Assembly: GCA_043228905.1 (NCBI GenBank)
Contig: JBHGNT010000494.1
Location: forward strand, 1-22,828
Direction of reading: 5' to 3'
Source of the DNA: Azolla caroliniana
Taxonomy: Eukaryota > Plantae > Polypodiophyta
DNA length: 22,828 nt
Shown here: positions 1 to 11,460 of the stretch, in pieces
Layout: every line of letters begins with the position of its first letter
How positions within the stretch are numbered: the first letter of the stretch is position 1
Translations under genes and position numbers: made by a program
The notes under the pieces: generated by a model
Databases searched by the model: none
Told to the model about the DNA's origin: nothing
Seen by the model: the letters and a program-made list of their open reading frames with translations, nothing else

Positions 1-323
1 CGGTTTCAGTGCAAGCCAATATGAAACAAACTTAAAAATTGTATCCAAAGACAAATGTGCTTTTTCAAAAAATGTTCCCCCTTTCACCCCAACTCTAAAA
101 GAACACCGAACAATTTTTTTTTTGAGCCGTCGACCCGATTTGTACAAGAAAACCGAAAATTATCAGATGGATAAAATTTGCAGGGTTTGTTGCATTTTGG
201 ACACACCACCGGATTAACATTCAGAGCACCATGCACATGCAAAAATTCAAGCAATTTAGTTTCATTCTGAATAATATCATGCACTTGCACCATACTCAAC
301 TGGCATCCCTCGCACATATCCAT
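1..323 (-). pseudogene. Merlin-like transposase N-terminus with a frameshift at an A10 run
   Basis: ORF 323-84 gives ...VVCPKCNKPC...FRFSCTNR. After a frame change in the T10 run at 114-123 it continues IVRCSFRVGVKGGTFFEKAHLSLDTIFKFVSYWLALKP to the edge. CxxC...C...C followed by GTFFExxHLSL resembles the Merlin/ISXO2-like zinc-binding region. Confidence 0.7.
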
Positions 324-920
324 TTTTTAAACACTTAACACCAACTAGCAAAGTTAAAATTAAGATGAAGACTAAGATGATGCAAGAAAATTCAATAAAG
401 ATCGTTACTTTTGGAGGGAAATCAAGCGAATGTCGTATTTTTCACCAATACCAACATAATTAGTGGTCAATTTTAAAAATTCCCTGTTCTTGCTATTTCT
501 GACCAATTAAATTTTAGTTTGTTTCAGGTTAATTAAAGTATTTTAAAAAATATAGCTGGCAACGCTGCAAACTTAACCTTCTAGAACATTCTTTGACATT
601 CAATTGTCAAATTTTCCCTCGCAATTGTTAAACAACATTTTCGGTCATATTGATAAAAATATGGTAAAAACCTCTAGTTTTAATTGAAAAATAAGTAAAA
701 ACCATCATTACGAAGTGAATATGTGTGTTTTTGTGGTGAAATATCATGTGGGATATATGAAAAATGCCAAAGAACTTACATGTTTGAAAAGTCAATTTTC
801 TGGAAAACGGTAAGCGACCGCCAAAAAAAAACTTCAGGATCGTGTTCTACGACCCAAAATTAGGGGGTAGGAGCAAAAATTTTCAAAATACGTGAATTTC
901 CCGTTTTTCCAATAATTACC
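1..920 (-). mobile_element. 5' end of a Merlin (IS1595/ISXO2-related) DNA transposon, continuing past the window start
   Basis: Transposase-like N-terminus on the minus strand (next feature). The candidate terminus reads GGTAATTATTGGAAAAACGGG on the minus strand from 920, fitting the 5'-GG ends of Merlin. The other terminal repeat and the target-site duplication are outside the window, so the boundary is inferred. Confidence 0.6.
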
Positions 921-1483
921 AAATGATGTGCCACTGTATCCACTGGTATCAATATTTGTCAACAACTACACTTAATATGATGTAACGACTGAAGATAGGT
1001 TTACTCGATCTCTCTTGATGGTGAACCTGGTAACCCTTCTATAGAGGCAATTAAGATGGGCACAGACTAATGAGTATGGGTAAGTTTTTTATTTAGAAAT
1101 TTACAATATTTTTTTTTATTAAATATTTAACTTTTTTCTTTAATTAACAACATAAGGCGCTCCTATACAAAGCGAAACTTATGGATTCTCCACACGAATG
1201 CAAAGAATTATTTAAACGTTCGGTAAAGCAGAAAGAGCTGACTCCCGTTAAAAAACTACTACGACCTTTAAAACAGCAACACTCAATCTATAAAAACAGT
1301 TCTTTGTATTGTTTTTTACATTTAAAACTTGATTTTAATATCATCTGCTTAGTAATTCTAAAACTATTTTTTTCAATAGCACCAATCTCTATCTTTTCTT
1401 ACTTTCTTTTCCTTTAAGCAGTGGCAAAAAAGCTCCATACATGATATTTATTATTGTATAATATTATATGTTTCTAGATCTAA

Positions 1484-1924
1484 ATTCGTGGACTGTGGAG
1501 AATCGTGGACTGTAACTGACTGCGAGTACTTATGCGGTACGGGAATTGCGTAGGCGTCTAGTGCTTGCACTAGGCCAACCTGCGTACCTTATATGACGCA
1601 GGAGTCATGTAAGGGCGAAGGGATCGTTGACGGGGTTGGCTCATGGCCCCTTCGGTGGACTTTACCGCCTCGTGGTCCGTCCATACTTCTCAGGTTTCAC
1701 CTAGATTAGATTCTTGGGATGCGTGATGTAGGGTTCGGGCAGGGGGACCAACGCGTTCGGAAGTTCGTGCCCTCTGTCCGGGCTTCCCATATGCGTCCGG
1801 TGGCGGAAACGTCACTGGGGTCATCACTCTTTCCACGGCCAGGGTATGGACATCCCGTGTCTGGCAAAGCCAGGTTGACAACGAAACCGCGATTCACTTA
1901 AACTGGGCATATAAAGGTTTTTTT
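1484..1924 (+). other. GC-rich, hairpin-dense island; structured RNA element of unknown class (retroelement UTR/SINE or ncRNA)
   Basis: Clearly higher GC than the flanks. Stems at 1556-1563/1568-1575 (CUUG loop), 1579-1585/1596-1602, 1731-1746/1770-1785 (16 contiguous pairs, 6 G-U) and 1861-1865/1869-1873. Ends in T7 at 1918-1924. Confidence 0.5.
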
Positions 1925-2504
1925 GTTTTTACGCGAAAACTGGCAGAGTTGCGTTTTTGATTAGGGTTAAACTCACTCGTAAGCCGAAGGTGAAATGGAT
2001 TTAAATAGGGGCATTTTCTTATGGGACCTCCGAGACCTCGTCGCTTTCTTAATTTTTTATATTTTACTTAATGCAAATAACGTTTATTTTAAACAATATT
2101 TAAGCCTTTGGGAAACTATATTATTATTTAATTTATTAAATGTAAATTATAATGGGCTGTTGTATGGAAAAGGCGAAACATTTAGAGCCCTTTTGAATTG
2201 GAAAACGTTTTTTCTACACACCATGCTTTTTATTATTTTTTTTCCATACACCAATATTGTTTCCTATTGTTTCAGGATAGACGCGCCAAATGTAGGTGTC
2301 ATCTCATTTAACCCTGTATGTCGTCGAAACTACTTTTTTATTTTTGAATTCATTTTTTTTAAGTTTACAGATCTTTTTCTCCAAAATTCTAGCTTAGGTC
2401 CCATACAAATTTAATTTAAACTGTTTTTTCGATAATTCAATCATATTTTCTTGAGTCAATAGTTATCAGAACTTTAGAGCGATTGAGTTTGAGTTTGGCA
2501 TCAA

Positions 2505-3162
2505 TTAAATTCATTTTTTTGTTCCCAAAATGTTTGCTTAGGTCTTATTAAATCTAAAAATTATTTTTTTTATATAAAATCATTTTTAAAATTACGTTAC
2601 TTTTGAAGCAGGTATTTACTTTTTAATTGAGTTCATTTATTGTAGGTCAATGGTTCTCAGAGCTTTAGAGCGGTTGATTTTGAGTCTGGAGGCCGGGTAC
2701 CCCACTGGGGGAGAGTATCGGTTCAGGCAATGTGTAATCCCTTGGTGCAAACAAGGTTCTTTGTCAATGTATCGGTATATAATCTCCAGCGAACAAAATC
2801 GCCGTTTTCTAAAGTTTTTTTTTCAAGTTGGTTACCATTAAAGTCATTTTTTTCCCTCAAATTTTTCTTTGGTTCCTATTAAATCTAACAATTATTTCCT
2901 GATTATATAAAATCATTTTCAGATCCACTACGTTACTTTTGAAGCAGGTGTTTACTTTTTAATTGTGTTAAATTGAGTTCTTTTATTTATCGTGGGTCGA
3001 TGGTCAGTAGAGCTTTGGGGCGGTTGATTTTGAGTCTGGAGGCCGGGTACCCCACTGGGGGAGAGTATCGGTTCAGGCAATGTGTAATCCCTTGGTGCAA
3101 ACAAGGTTCTTTGTCAATGTATCGGTATATAACCTCTAGCGAACAAACTCGCCGTTTTCAAA
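2505..3162. repeat. Tandem duplication with ~350-bp period and diverged partial copies on both sides
   Basis: 2670-2809 and 3020-3159 are nearly identical (gcggttgattttgagtctggaggccgggtaccccactgggggagag...cgccgttttc). Related motifs (gagtcaat...agaactttagagc) occur near 2453-2498 and 3290-3357. Confidence 0.9.
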
Positions 3163-4232
3163 TGCTCGATTTTAGTTTCGTAATTTTCGTAAGTAAAGAT
3201 ATTTCTTTTCTGAATAATTCAATTCTAGGTCAAATAGATAGTGTTCACTTTTTAATTACGTTAAAATTTGTATTTCTCTTTGATTTTGTGAGTCAATGCT
3301 CAGTAGAACTTTAGAGCACTTAAACTTTGAGTTGTCTAGAAGCACACCGGGTACCCTACATTTGGACAACAACAGAATAAAGACCTCTACAAGATTGCAA
3401 CCAGAAGATAATATACTTGTCAAGAAATACGTCGCTTCGATTTTTTATCTGTTTTAAAGAATAAATGTATAATTGCATAACATTAACATAATTCAGAATG
3501 TGCTATTTATAAACAACTAGAAAAATAATATGTAAATGTATAAAATTAGGTACCCGTTTACGACGACTTAACCGACAATATTTTGAAATAAATTTAAAAA
3601 TAAAGCTTCTTATACACAATAATTTATATAATAAAGACGCGGTTAAAGTAAACAGGTACTCAGCTAAAACTAAAACTTGTATACATTGAAGTATAATATA
3701 TGGGATTGTTAAAAAGTATAGCTTGTTTTTTTTTATTTGGATCAAAATGTTGAATTTAGCTCTACTAGTACCTGCGATAATAATATAAGTGTATTAGTTT
3801 TTTTAAACTATTATAAACATTGTATTAACTTGAACTTGTGTAAAACATAAAAACAAAAAAAATTACAAAGACAAGCCACCATTGCTTCGTAACGTGATCG
3901 GAGAATTTCGACAACACACGAGACATCGTTTTCTATGCGACGGTCTATCTATAGCGAAACTATTTAAATCTGTTTTGATGTTTAAAAATTGTGTGGCCAC
4001 ATTAAATTCGATAAAATCATTTAAATATATTTAGTATTTTGGTTCCAAAAAATATATCAAAAACGAGTGAAAAATAGATAAAGAAAAAAAATATTTTGAA
4101 AAAATATACGCAAAAAATATTTATTGTTTAACATAGAGCTTTTAGAACTTTAGGGGTCGTAGAAAGCGTTATTTTGAAGTCAAGGGCGACATTTTGACAG
4201 TTATTTATTACAAAAAACCTCTTTAAAGTTAG

Positions 4233-4397
4233 AAAATCGGTAGAAGACCACGACTAGGGTGAAAAAATATCATGGACTAAGATTATAGAACTCTGAATAT
4301 CACTGAATCAGAAGAGCTAATGATGAATAAAGTCTTATGGAGGGAAATTGTTGAGTCTACACTACGAGCTACAGAGAGAAAGAAGGAGATAGAAGAA
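4233..4397 (+). mobile_element. Decayed 3' end of an RTE-clade non-LTR retrotransposon
   Basis: Translates to KIGRRPRLG*KNIMD*DYRTLNITESEELMMNKVLWREIVES, resembling the RTE C-terminal pattern GRP..W.D.I..D...L.I.......DR..WR..V, followed by a GAA/GA-rich tail. Confidence 0.6.
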
Positions 4398-7300
4398 TAC
4401 TTGACGTTTATTTATAAGATAAAGAAACATTACATAATCCCGATGTATACAAAACTAAAGATATTATTTTTCTTACCATATATTCATCGTCTAATTCTCC
4501 CCATATTTCTCTGTATTTGCGACTGGACGTAATTTTTTGAACCGAAACCGTACCAACACTCATTTTATTAAAAAACTAAACTAATAGGGCAATAGAGGCA
4601 TAGTACTAACGCATGGTTTTACTTTACCGGAAAAAATGTCTCGAATTTATCACCGAATCAAACCGCAACGAAAAATCCCGAAAAACTAAACCAAAACTTA
4701 ATCTAAACGGTGTTGCGTAGGAAAGAATAACGTGCAGATAATTTAAGATGTCGCCGAAATACTAATACATTTAAAATTTATAAGTAATTCTCTTCCAAGA
4801 CCGAAATAGTTTTGTTTAGAATTATAGTGCCCAGTAGTTGTATTTTACAAATAACGAATAATCCGTTTTTCGCCGCTTCATTAGTCGTGTCGTTCGTACT
4901 ATTTTCGAATCGAAGAAACAAGGTTTAATATTTTCTTTGGCGCTCATTTTAACACAACTTTAGGATAAACTTAAAATTTCCTTAAAGCGTATACAAAGTA
5001 TGACCGTTAAGATAAAAAAATATTTATTACTAAAAGGGTTTGAACAATTTTTAATAAACTATTTGTCATTACAAATATTTACAATGTAATTACAAACAAT
5101 TAGATTACAAAAGGAAGGGTGGAAGACAATTTCAAAAAAAAAAATTCTTCGTAGGAACAGCTTTTGGAAAGATGCTTCTTGACAAGAAGGAAGTCAGCTA
5201 ACATACAGATCGGTTCCAACTGATTCTGCTAAACTATTACAACGGATAGATCTACAATCACCAAGTTTAGAATTTAAAATCCCTCAAAGTTTTTATCTAG
5301 ACCAAACATTCATACATTTCCCCTTGCAACTTTTATACTGGCAGAAATAAAAAAGTACACTTTAATTAGACCAATGTATCGTTTTTCAAAACATCTATTA
5401 ATTTTTTTAATTAGCGTTTTGACAGAATCGACAAAAATTCCAGAATCCGAACTGCAAACCGTGTAATTACTTCTGGTTCTATTTTCAGTATATTCGTCAC
5501 TTATAAATACTTCTAAACATTAGTGACGTCGTTTTCGACTGGCTGGTAAACACTGTCAGAGCTTTAGCAACTGCTAATTGGCATATCTACATTGTTTCTT
5601 GTGGTTCTGCATTAAGTTTAAATTAAACGAAAGTTTAAAGTTATCGGTGGGCACAATTGTTGATTTTACAAAAAATATGTATAGAACATTACTATAAAAT
5701 TACTGGGTCAAAAAAAAAGGCCACTAAGGCATCAACCTATAACAAACACGCAGAATACTGGTCTGGTATCAGTAGGTTGAAAAATGGGTAAGTCCTTATA
5801 AAGATACCATCCAAAGAAACGATGGTAGAACTACTTAAACAAAGTAGACAAAGACTTTGTACTACAGACCTAAATATGAAACATTTTATATATGTTATAT
5901 ATAAAATCTAGACAGAACTTGATTATTTCGACTGTTATATGGTTCTTTTATAATAAAGAAATCTGTAAAGTTTGGTGAACCAAACATAGATTCAAGAGAT
6001 TTTGTCAATCGACATCTTATGACCGGTTTGTCCAAACTGTTATATCTTAAAACCAGTCACTAAACGTCGATGGATGAACACAAGAATAGAACGCAATATT
6101 TTTTGTGTTTGTCACTTTTTCGTCGAGGCACATCTGTGACATCTTTCAATTGGTCCTTAGCTATAATAGTTTTTTTCCGCTGTCGATAGAGGGTGGTAAA
6201 TCCCATATAGTTCTAATAAAGTAAATCAATTTTATTGTATTATTTAAAGAATCAACACATATTTGTGTAGTAAATTTACAAATAGAAAAACATGCTTTTA
6301 AAAATTTCTAAAAACGTTTTAAACGAGGCGCAATAAGTTCAAGAGGTAAATACGTGTTTATATTAATTATTCCTTTGTGGTGTCAGTTAAAAAGAAGGCA
6401 CAATCGAGAAATATATAATTACGATTGACGTGTTCCAATAGAAACAAATGTCTGTTTGTAAATCCAGGCTTGTGTAACGTCTATTTTTACGTTCTATTTC
6501 GGACTCTGCTTTCAAATATCATAAACTCTTTTTAAATTATCTCTAACTATAAATTAATTTCAAGAAAACTATTTTTTATATGGGTCAATAAAAAACTATA
6601 TATATGTAAGTAAATGGCTCGTATTATAAACTATACAATTGTTAAACGTTTAGTACTGAAGGAGAAGTTACTAATTTTTAATAAGGAAAAGTTATTTAAA
6701 AGGTCTAATAATAGTATGGTAGATACTTATTTTTGTTCTTTCAGAGACTATTTTGGATTTTATGTAGTGCAAAAGTAACAGCTGAATTCAACCCTCTCCA
6801 CAAAAGGGGTGATTTTTTTTCTTCATTTAATTTTTTTTTAATTAGCTATTTTATGCACTCATTAAATATTTTACTCTCTGCTACAAGAGGTTATTTAATA
6901 TTTTATAGATCATATTGGAGTTTTCTACAAATACTCTCATATTTTCTAAACCAATTCAAACCAGTTGGGCGCGCGCTCCTTAACAAAAACAAGTTAAATT
7001 TCCTTTTAACGACTTTGGCAAGACCGTAAACAAAGTCAATATTATACATATTCATTTTGAAAATAAGAAAACCTGGCTGATAGACACTTCCACTCGTTAA
7101 CGTCACACCCCAAAGTTATAATATTATTTACAGTACAGTAAAACCAATTACCAGTTGATGCTGATCAAGAAAGTTATTATTAAACATTGCTTGGTGTACG
7201 ACTAAAACAAACCACGTATATAAAATCGTGTACATAAAAAACGATTTGTAATTTACTTATAATTACCCATCTGTATACTTTATATAGTCCAAGTAACAAT

Positions 7301-8436
7301 ATTTATTACACTTTTAAAGTTTATGCGGATATACTTACCAAGAAAACATGTCATACCAAATGTATTCATCTTTGTACAATTTTGTTACGTCCTCAACACT
7401 TTTTAAACTTGTTAAAAACACTGCAAGCGCCACAATTTTACAAATATATCACAATGAAAGAATATTTGAAGCACTTCTTATTTTAAAATTACAGTGTGCA
7501 CACCGGAGCTAAAACACCAATAATAATACTGGAGATTACACATCTAATATTAATAATATTTAATGATGTGGTTGTATTTTTAACAATTTAAAAAACATTA
7601 AGCAAAACACTTCATTCCCTGGTTAATTACGTCGGTGGATACCAATAAAAAAAAAGCTACATGCTATTTTTAAACACGCTTATACTAAAAATAGTAAAAA
7701 AAAAAACATCAAAAATTAGCTGAAACAAAAAATTCCGCATTACAGATCGCAAATTACTTGAAATATATGGTTTCACATATTTAAAGTGCCAAATAAATTA
7801 TAAATACTTATCAGGGCCTCGGGAGCCCTTAAATATATAAGGTGTTCCCCAAGGACGGGATCTTTGACCTCTAAATATTTGGCATCACATTTGATTTATT
7901 AAAGATTCAATATTACATTTAATAGTTTTTTTTGTCAATGTCGTTTATTAATTGGGTAAAATTTTAAAGAAAAATCGCATAGATGTTTTAACTACATCTA
8001 AAAACTAAAATTGTATATAATAGTATACTATTGCGATTTTGTTGTTGAAAAAAAAGCCGTCCGATATAGTTTTAATTTTAGTCTCTTATTTTTAGTTGCC
8101 TCATTTAATAGGCTCATATATAAAACGAATTAATGAGTTTGGCGTGAAAGATAATATTTACAAGAGGCTTAAAAAAATTATATATTGTCATACAGACAAA
8201 ATAATAACCTTTAACCAGTTTGCGCCTAATTTGTTTTGTTTTAAGTCCCTTTTTTTCATATTTAAATTAAATTGCTTTTTTTTAATTATTTTGACTTGCC
8301 AATCGAAAAAAAAATCATAGAGATTAGGTCTGCTCTGTATAGTCGGCGTACGTCATAGTGTAGCACGTGTTTTGACAGTTCCAGGGTAGTGAAGTGATGC
8401 AGTGAGTGTGTTACATAAAAACAACTCCGGACTTAC

Positions 8437-8538
8437 TTCTTGGATTTTCATCTTAGTTTTGACGACCTTGCGGCTGACCGACGTTTCGTAAGACTCCTCC
8501 ACCGTTTCCACCAGGCTTTCGTCGCCATTTTCAGACAT
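8437..8538 (-). CDS. Probable first coding exon of an unidentified gene (MSENGDESLVETVEESYETSVSRKVVKTKMKIQE)
   Basis: ATG in an insect-like CTAAAA-ATG context, 34 codons, then a strong donor GAA|GTAAGT (phase 0) at 8436-8431. Lies in a locally GC-rich segment. No further exon recognised in the window. Confidence 0.6.
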
Positions 8539-8973
8539 TTTTAGCGGTCTGGATAGCACACGCGCTTGTCGCTGGCACCAACTCCGTCACTGCTTATTTC
8601 GATCTGAACGCTGCGCTTACTTGCCAAACACTGGCGAGAGCGGGTTCTAATTTTAATTTCTTTTGCCGCCGCCCAACGAACGGAAGTTTGTTGTTGGGTT
8701 TTTAACACTAGAGAAACTTACTGTATTGTTTCTTTACTTTTACACGCTTTTACGACGAATCCGAGACCTACGGTCTTTCAATGCTAATTTTATGAGGCTT
8801 TATACGTGAATGATTTCCAAGCTATCTGATTCAATCTTTTCTGGGCAAATATAAGTTTTATTGTTCCTTATCCTATTAAAGATTCACCATTCTTTTCGAA
8901 AAGCCCTTAATTTGTTTTACAACAAAATTATTTAAGAAAAGCTTCACATACAATGATGTATCAATGTATAATT

Positions 8974-9573
8974 CAGTGGCGGCTTCTCCATAGGGTCAAT
9001 TGGTCAATGACCCCCCTAAAATATTCTGATAAAAATAGTATTCTAATAAAAATATTTTTTGACTACAAATCTACTCTAAAATATAACATTCACAAACAGT
9101 AGTCTGCATACGCAAAACAAATAATATATCATAATCATGACAACGTTGCGTCGCGTCTCGCACCTGTGGCTGGGCCGTATTTTATATTTGACCCTGCACG
9201 ATTCTTATGGCTTATGGAGCAATACGAACAAAGAAGAACAGAGAGAGCACAAAAGCGATTTATTAAGCGCGAGTGAGAGTCACCTTTTCGTCCTATATCT
9301 ATAATAGAGTCGACGGCCCGACTCCATGCGATGGCGAGTGCGGCGGGATAGTGAGATAGAATGAGAGTAGAATTAATTTTTCCATTATTGTCAATTATTA
9401 TTGAATAGCGTGAGCGTAAAGTGCTTAATAATTGATTTTTCGTTTGTTGTATTATCCGCGTGCAACATACGTCAATTAGAAAATAAGTAGGTTTAACATT
9501 TATTATAATAATGTTAATTATGAGTTTCAAAATATAACGACCTCCCTGGTGATTAACCCACGACCCGCCACTG
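8974..9573. mobile_element. 600-bp non-autonomous hAT-type element (MITE)
   Basis: Terminal inverted repeats CAGTGGCGG (8974-8982) and CCGCCACTG (9565-9573), flanked by a perfect 8-bp duplication GTATAATT (8966-8973 and 9574-9581). CAG termini and an 8-bp duplication are typical of hAT. Confidence 0.9.
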
Positions 9574-9940
9574 GTATAATTCATTGGATGTCCAATTCAA
9601 GTATAATTGTCATTTAAATGATCTTAAAAACAGATACAGATTATATTTGTTAAATCCATAAAATTTTGAAGTTGATTGGATGGAATTCCCTTAAACAGGT
9701 TCCGATTATATTTTTTAAATTTAAATGTTACATAAAATGTTTTAGATATTAATACTTGATTGTGTGGTGATTAGATTTTTTGTTGATTAGGTTAAACTTC
9801 GCCACTCTGCCCTATAATGTGGTGTGTATAACCATATATCATTGCATGAATGTGTGAATACCGTCAATACTAATAAAGACGATTTATTATATTATTATTA
9901 TTATAACATATCAAACATAAAAAATCTGAACCCATTATAA

Positions 9941-10135
9941 GGCAAGCTAGCCAAAGGATGAATATCTCTCAAAAGTTCCCATACTTATCCAATATTTGTT
10001 GGCATCAAACTGTTAAAAATTGGTCTGACGCGCCATCTACCATTAACGGTAGAAATCAAGAACTGAACGATGATTCCTGTCTCGCCTTGATTTCTACCGT
10101 TAATGATAGATGGCGCATCAGACCAATTTCTAACA
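9941..10135. mobile_element. Dispersed repeat copy ending in a 50-bp inverted repeat; same family as the hammerhead-bearing copy near 22630-22771 (Penelope-like)
   Basis: 9941-10047 aligns with 22666-22771. Arms 10011-10060 and 10086-10135 match at 47/50 positions around a 25-bp spacer. Confidence 0.75.
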
Positions 10136-10759
10136 TTAAAACAACTTGGAGTTTTTTTTAACTGAACCATTTTTTTTATTCAAATAATATAAGCCACTGG
10201 TGTTTCAAATAATAAATTAATAATAAGCCCTTAATGGAGTGGGGGAGGGGCAAATTAAATAGATAAGGAATCTTTAATTTTACTCTCAAAACAATGGTTA
10301 GGAAATAACACATAAAATTGGTACATTTATTTATATTGTAATATTGATATATCGGTTAAATATTATTATTTACTAAAAGAATTGAATACCTGATTTATTA
10401 CCATTATTAAAGGCTTAACGGGAACTGCGGGTTCGAAAACATATTTTTTGTTTTGGCTAGTTTGCTTTTCATGTATATTTTGTATTTGACTGATCATTTT
10501 ACAAATAAACCAGGGTAAATGTAAATTATGTTTACAGAGTCTTTCGATTATGTTTACAGAGCCATTCAACAAAAATATTTTATTGAAACAAAACATTAAA
10601 TAATATCAAGAAAATACAATAGTCTGACCTACTTGAGAGATCAAAATTCACAACAAGCTTTTCAAGTAAAGCTTCTTCGTCTCTATATTACTATGAATGC
10701 TAACTGTTATCTTAAATTACATTTAGTTCTCATAAGACCTTTTAAAAACTTAAGTATTT

Positions 10760-10887
10760 GCTAGGGATTATTTTATAGCAGAAACGACGGGTCAATTTGG
10801 ATCGACGTGCACAAAACTGTAACGATTAGGAGAATTTGAGGGAAATCTACACTCAGCAGTGGATAGATAAAAGATGATGAAAATGAC
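10760..10887 (+). mobile_element. Decayed 3' end of a second RTE-clade element
   Basis: With frameshifts it reads ...AETTGQ(F)WIDV(A)QNCND*ENLREIYTQQWIDKR*, similar to the RTE ending W...AQDR..W..L.EAYVQQW, followed by a short gatgatga tail. Confidence 0.55.
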
Positions 10888-11460
10888 AACCAAACTTAAA
10901 TATTTAAAATTTTCTTTTTAGGTATGGAGCTTAACATTCCTTAGTGTTTGTAAAACGGTTTCGATAAGGCAAGTAGGTTACATCTTTCTTAGTACGAAAA
11001 TGAAGAGCATTGATTGATGATGATAATCATGAATCTCATTTAAAATCATTTTTTTAACATGCACGCTTAAGCATCGTCTAACATTATGAAAAATAATGAA
11101 CCTAAAAGGGGTTGAAAAATCAGTACTAGGACGGGTAAAAATAAAACGCTATAGATAAAAACAGGAACAATTTTTATTTTCAGAATACAGTCGTGGCAAA
11201 AAATGACATAGTAAACAGAACTATAAAATATATGCTATACTTTCAAATATCACTTTGATTAATTATCAAAAAAAAAAAAACAATATCTTTTGAAACGAAT
11301 ATATTTTGAAAATTTGCCATATAAACACCAGAAAAAAAAATTACAAAATCATTCAAACACTGTCAAATTTAATGTGTATATTTTGTACTAATAAATTTCG
11401 TTTCAGTGTAATTATTTTATTTAAACCACGTAAAACATTAACTGAACTAAAATATTTTTT

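Noticed and set aside
985-1086. CTGAAGA hammerhead-like start, and a possible + strand mini-exon ending at GTAAGT (1080)
   Set aside because: No GAAA or stem II follows the motif, and the exon candidate has no recognisable protein or partner exon.
1626-1766. HDV-like ribozyme suggested by ACC-GCCTCGT-GGT (1664-1676), similar to the P3/L3 of R2 ribozymes
   Set aside because: The first L3 base is G rather than U, there is no GG for P1.1 after the candidate P1, and no C-N-A-A junction lies in register with P2.
1690-1901. Three overlapping ~60-aa ORFs
   Set aside because: Expected by chance in GC-rich sequence; no recognisable domains or splice signals.
1484-1924. Telomerase RNA, 7SK or RNase P/MRP identity for the structured island
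   Set aside because: No extended CCTAA/CCTGA template, no paired GATC 5' stem, and no matching P4 (CR-I/CR-V) pair found by eye.
1995-2414. 139-aa + strand ORF and similar F/L/I/K-rich ORFs (1181, 2650, 2973, 3503, 6733, 8096, 10366, 16351)
   Set aside because: Low-complexity translations of AT-rich or repeat DNA, or antisense to real exons.
8470-8505. CGAAACGTCGG on the minus strand, resembling a hammerhead 3' half
   Set aside because: No CUGANGA box and only a 2-bp stem II; it is explained by the codons of the candidate exon.
9135-9584. 149-aa minus-strand ORF
   Set aside because: It lies in the hAT MITE, starts outside its end and has no transposase motifs.
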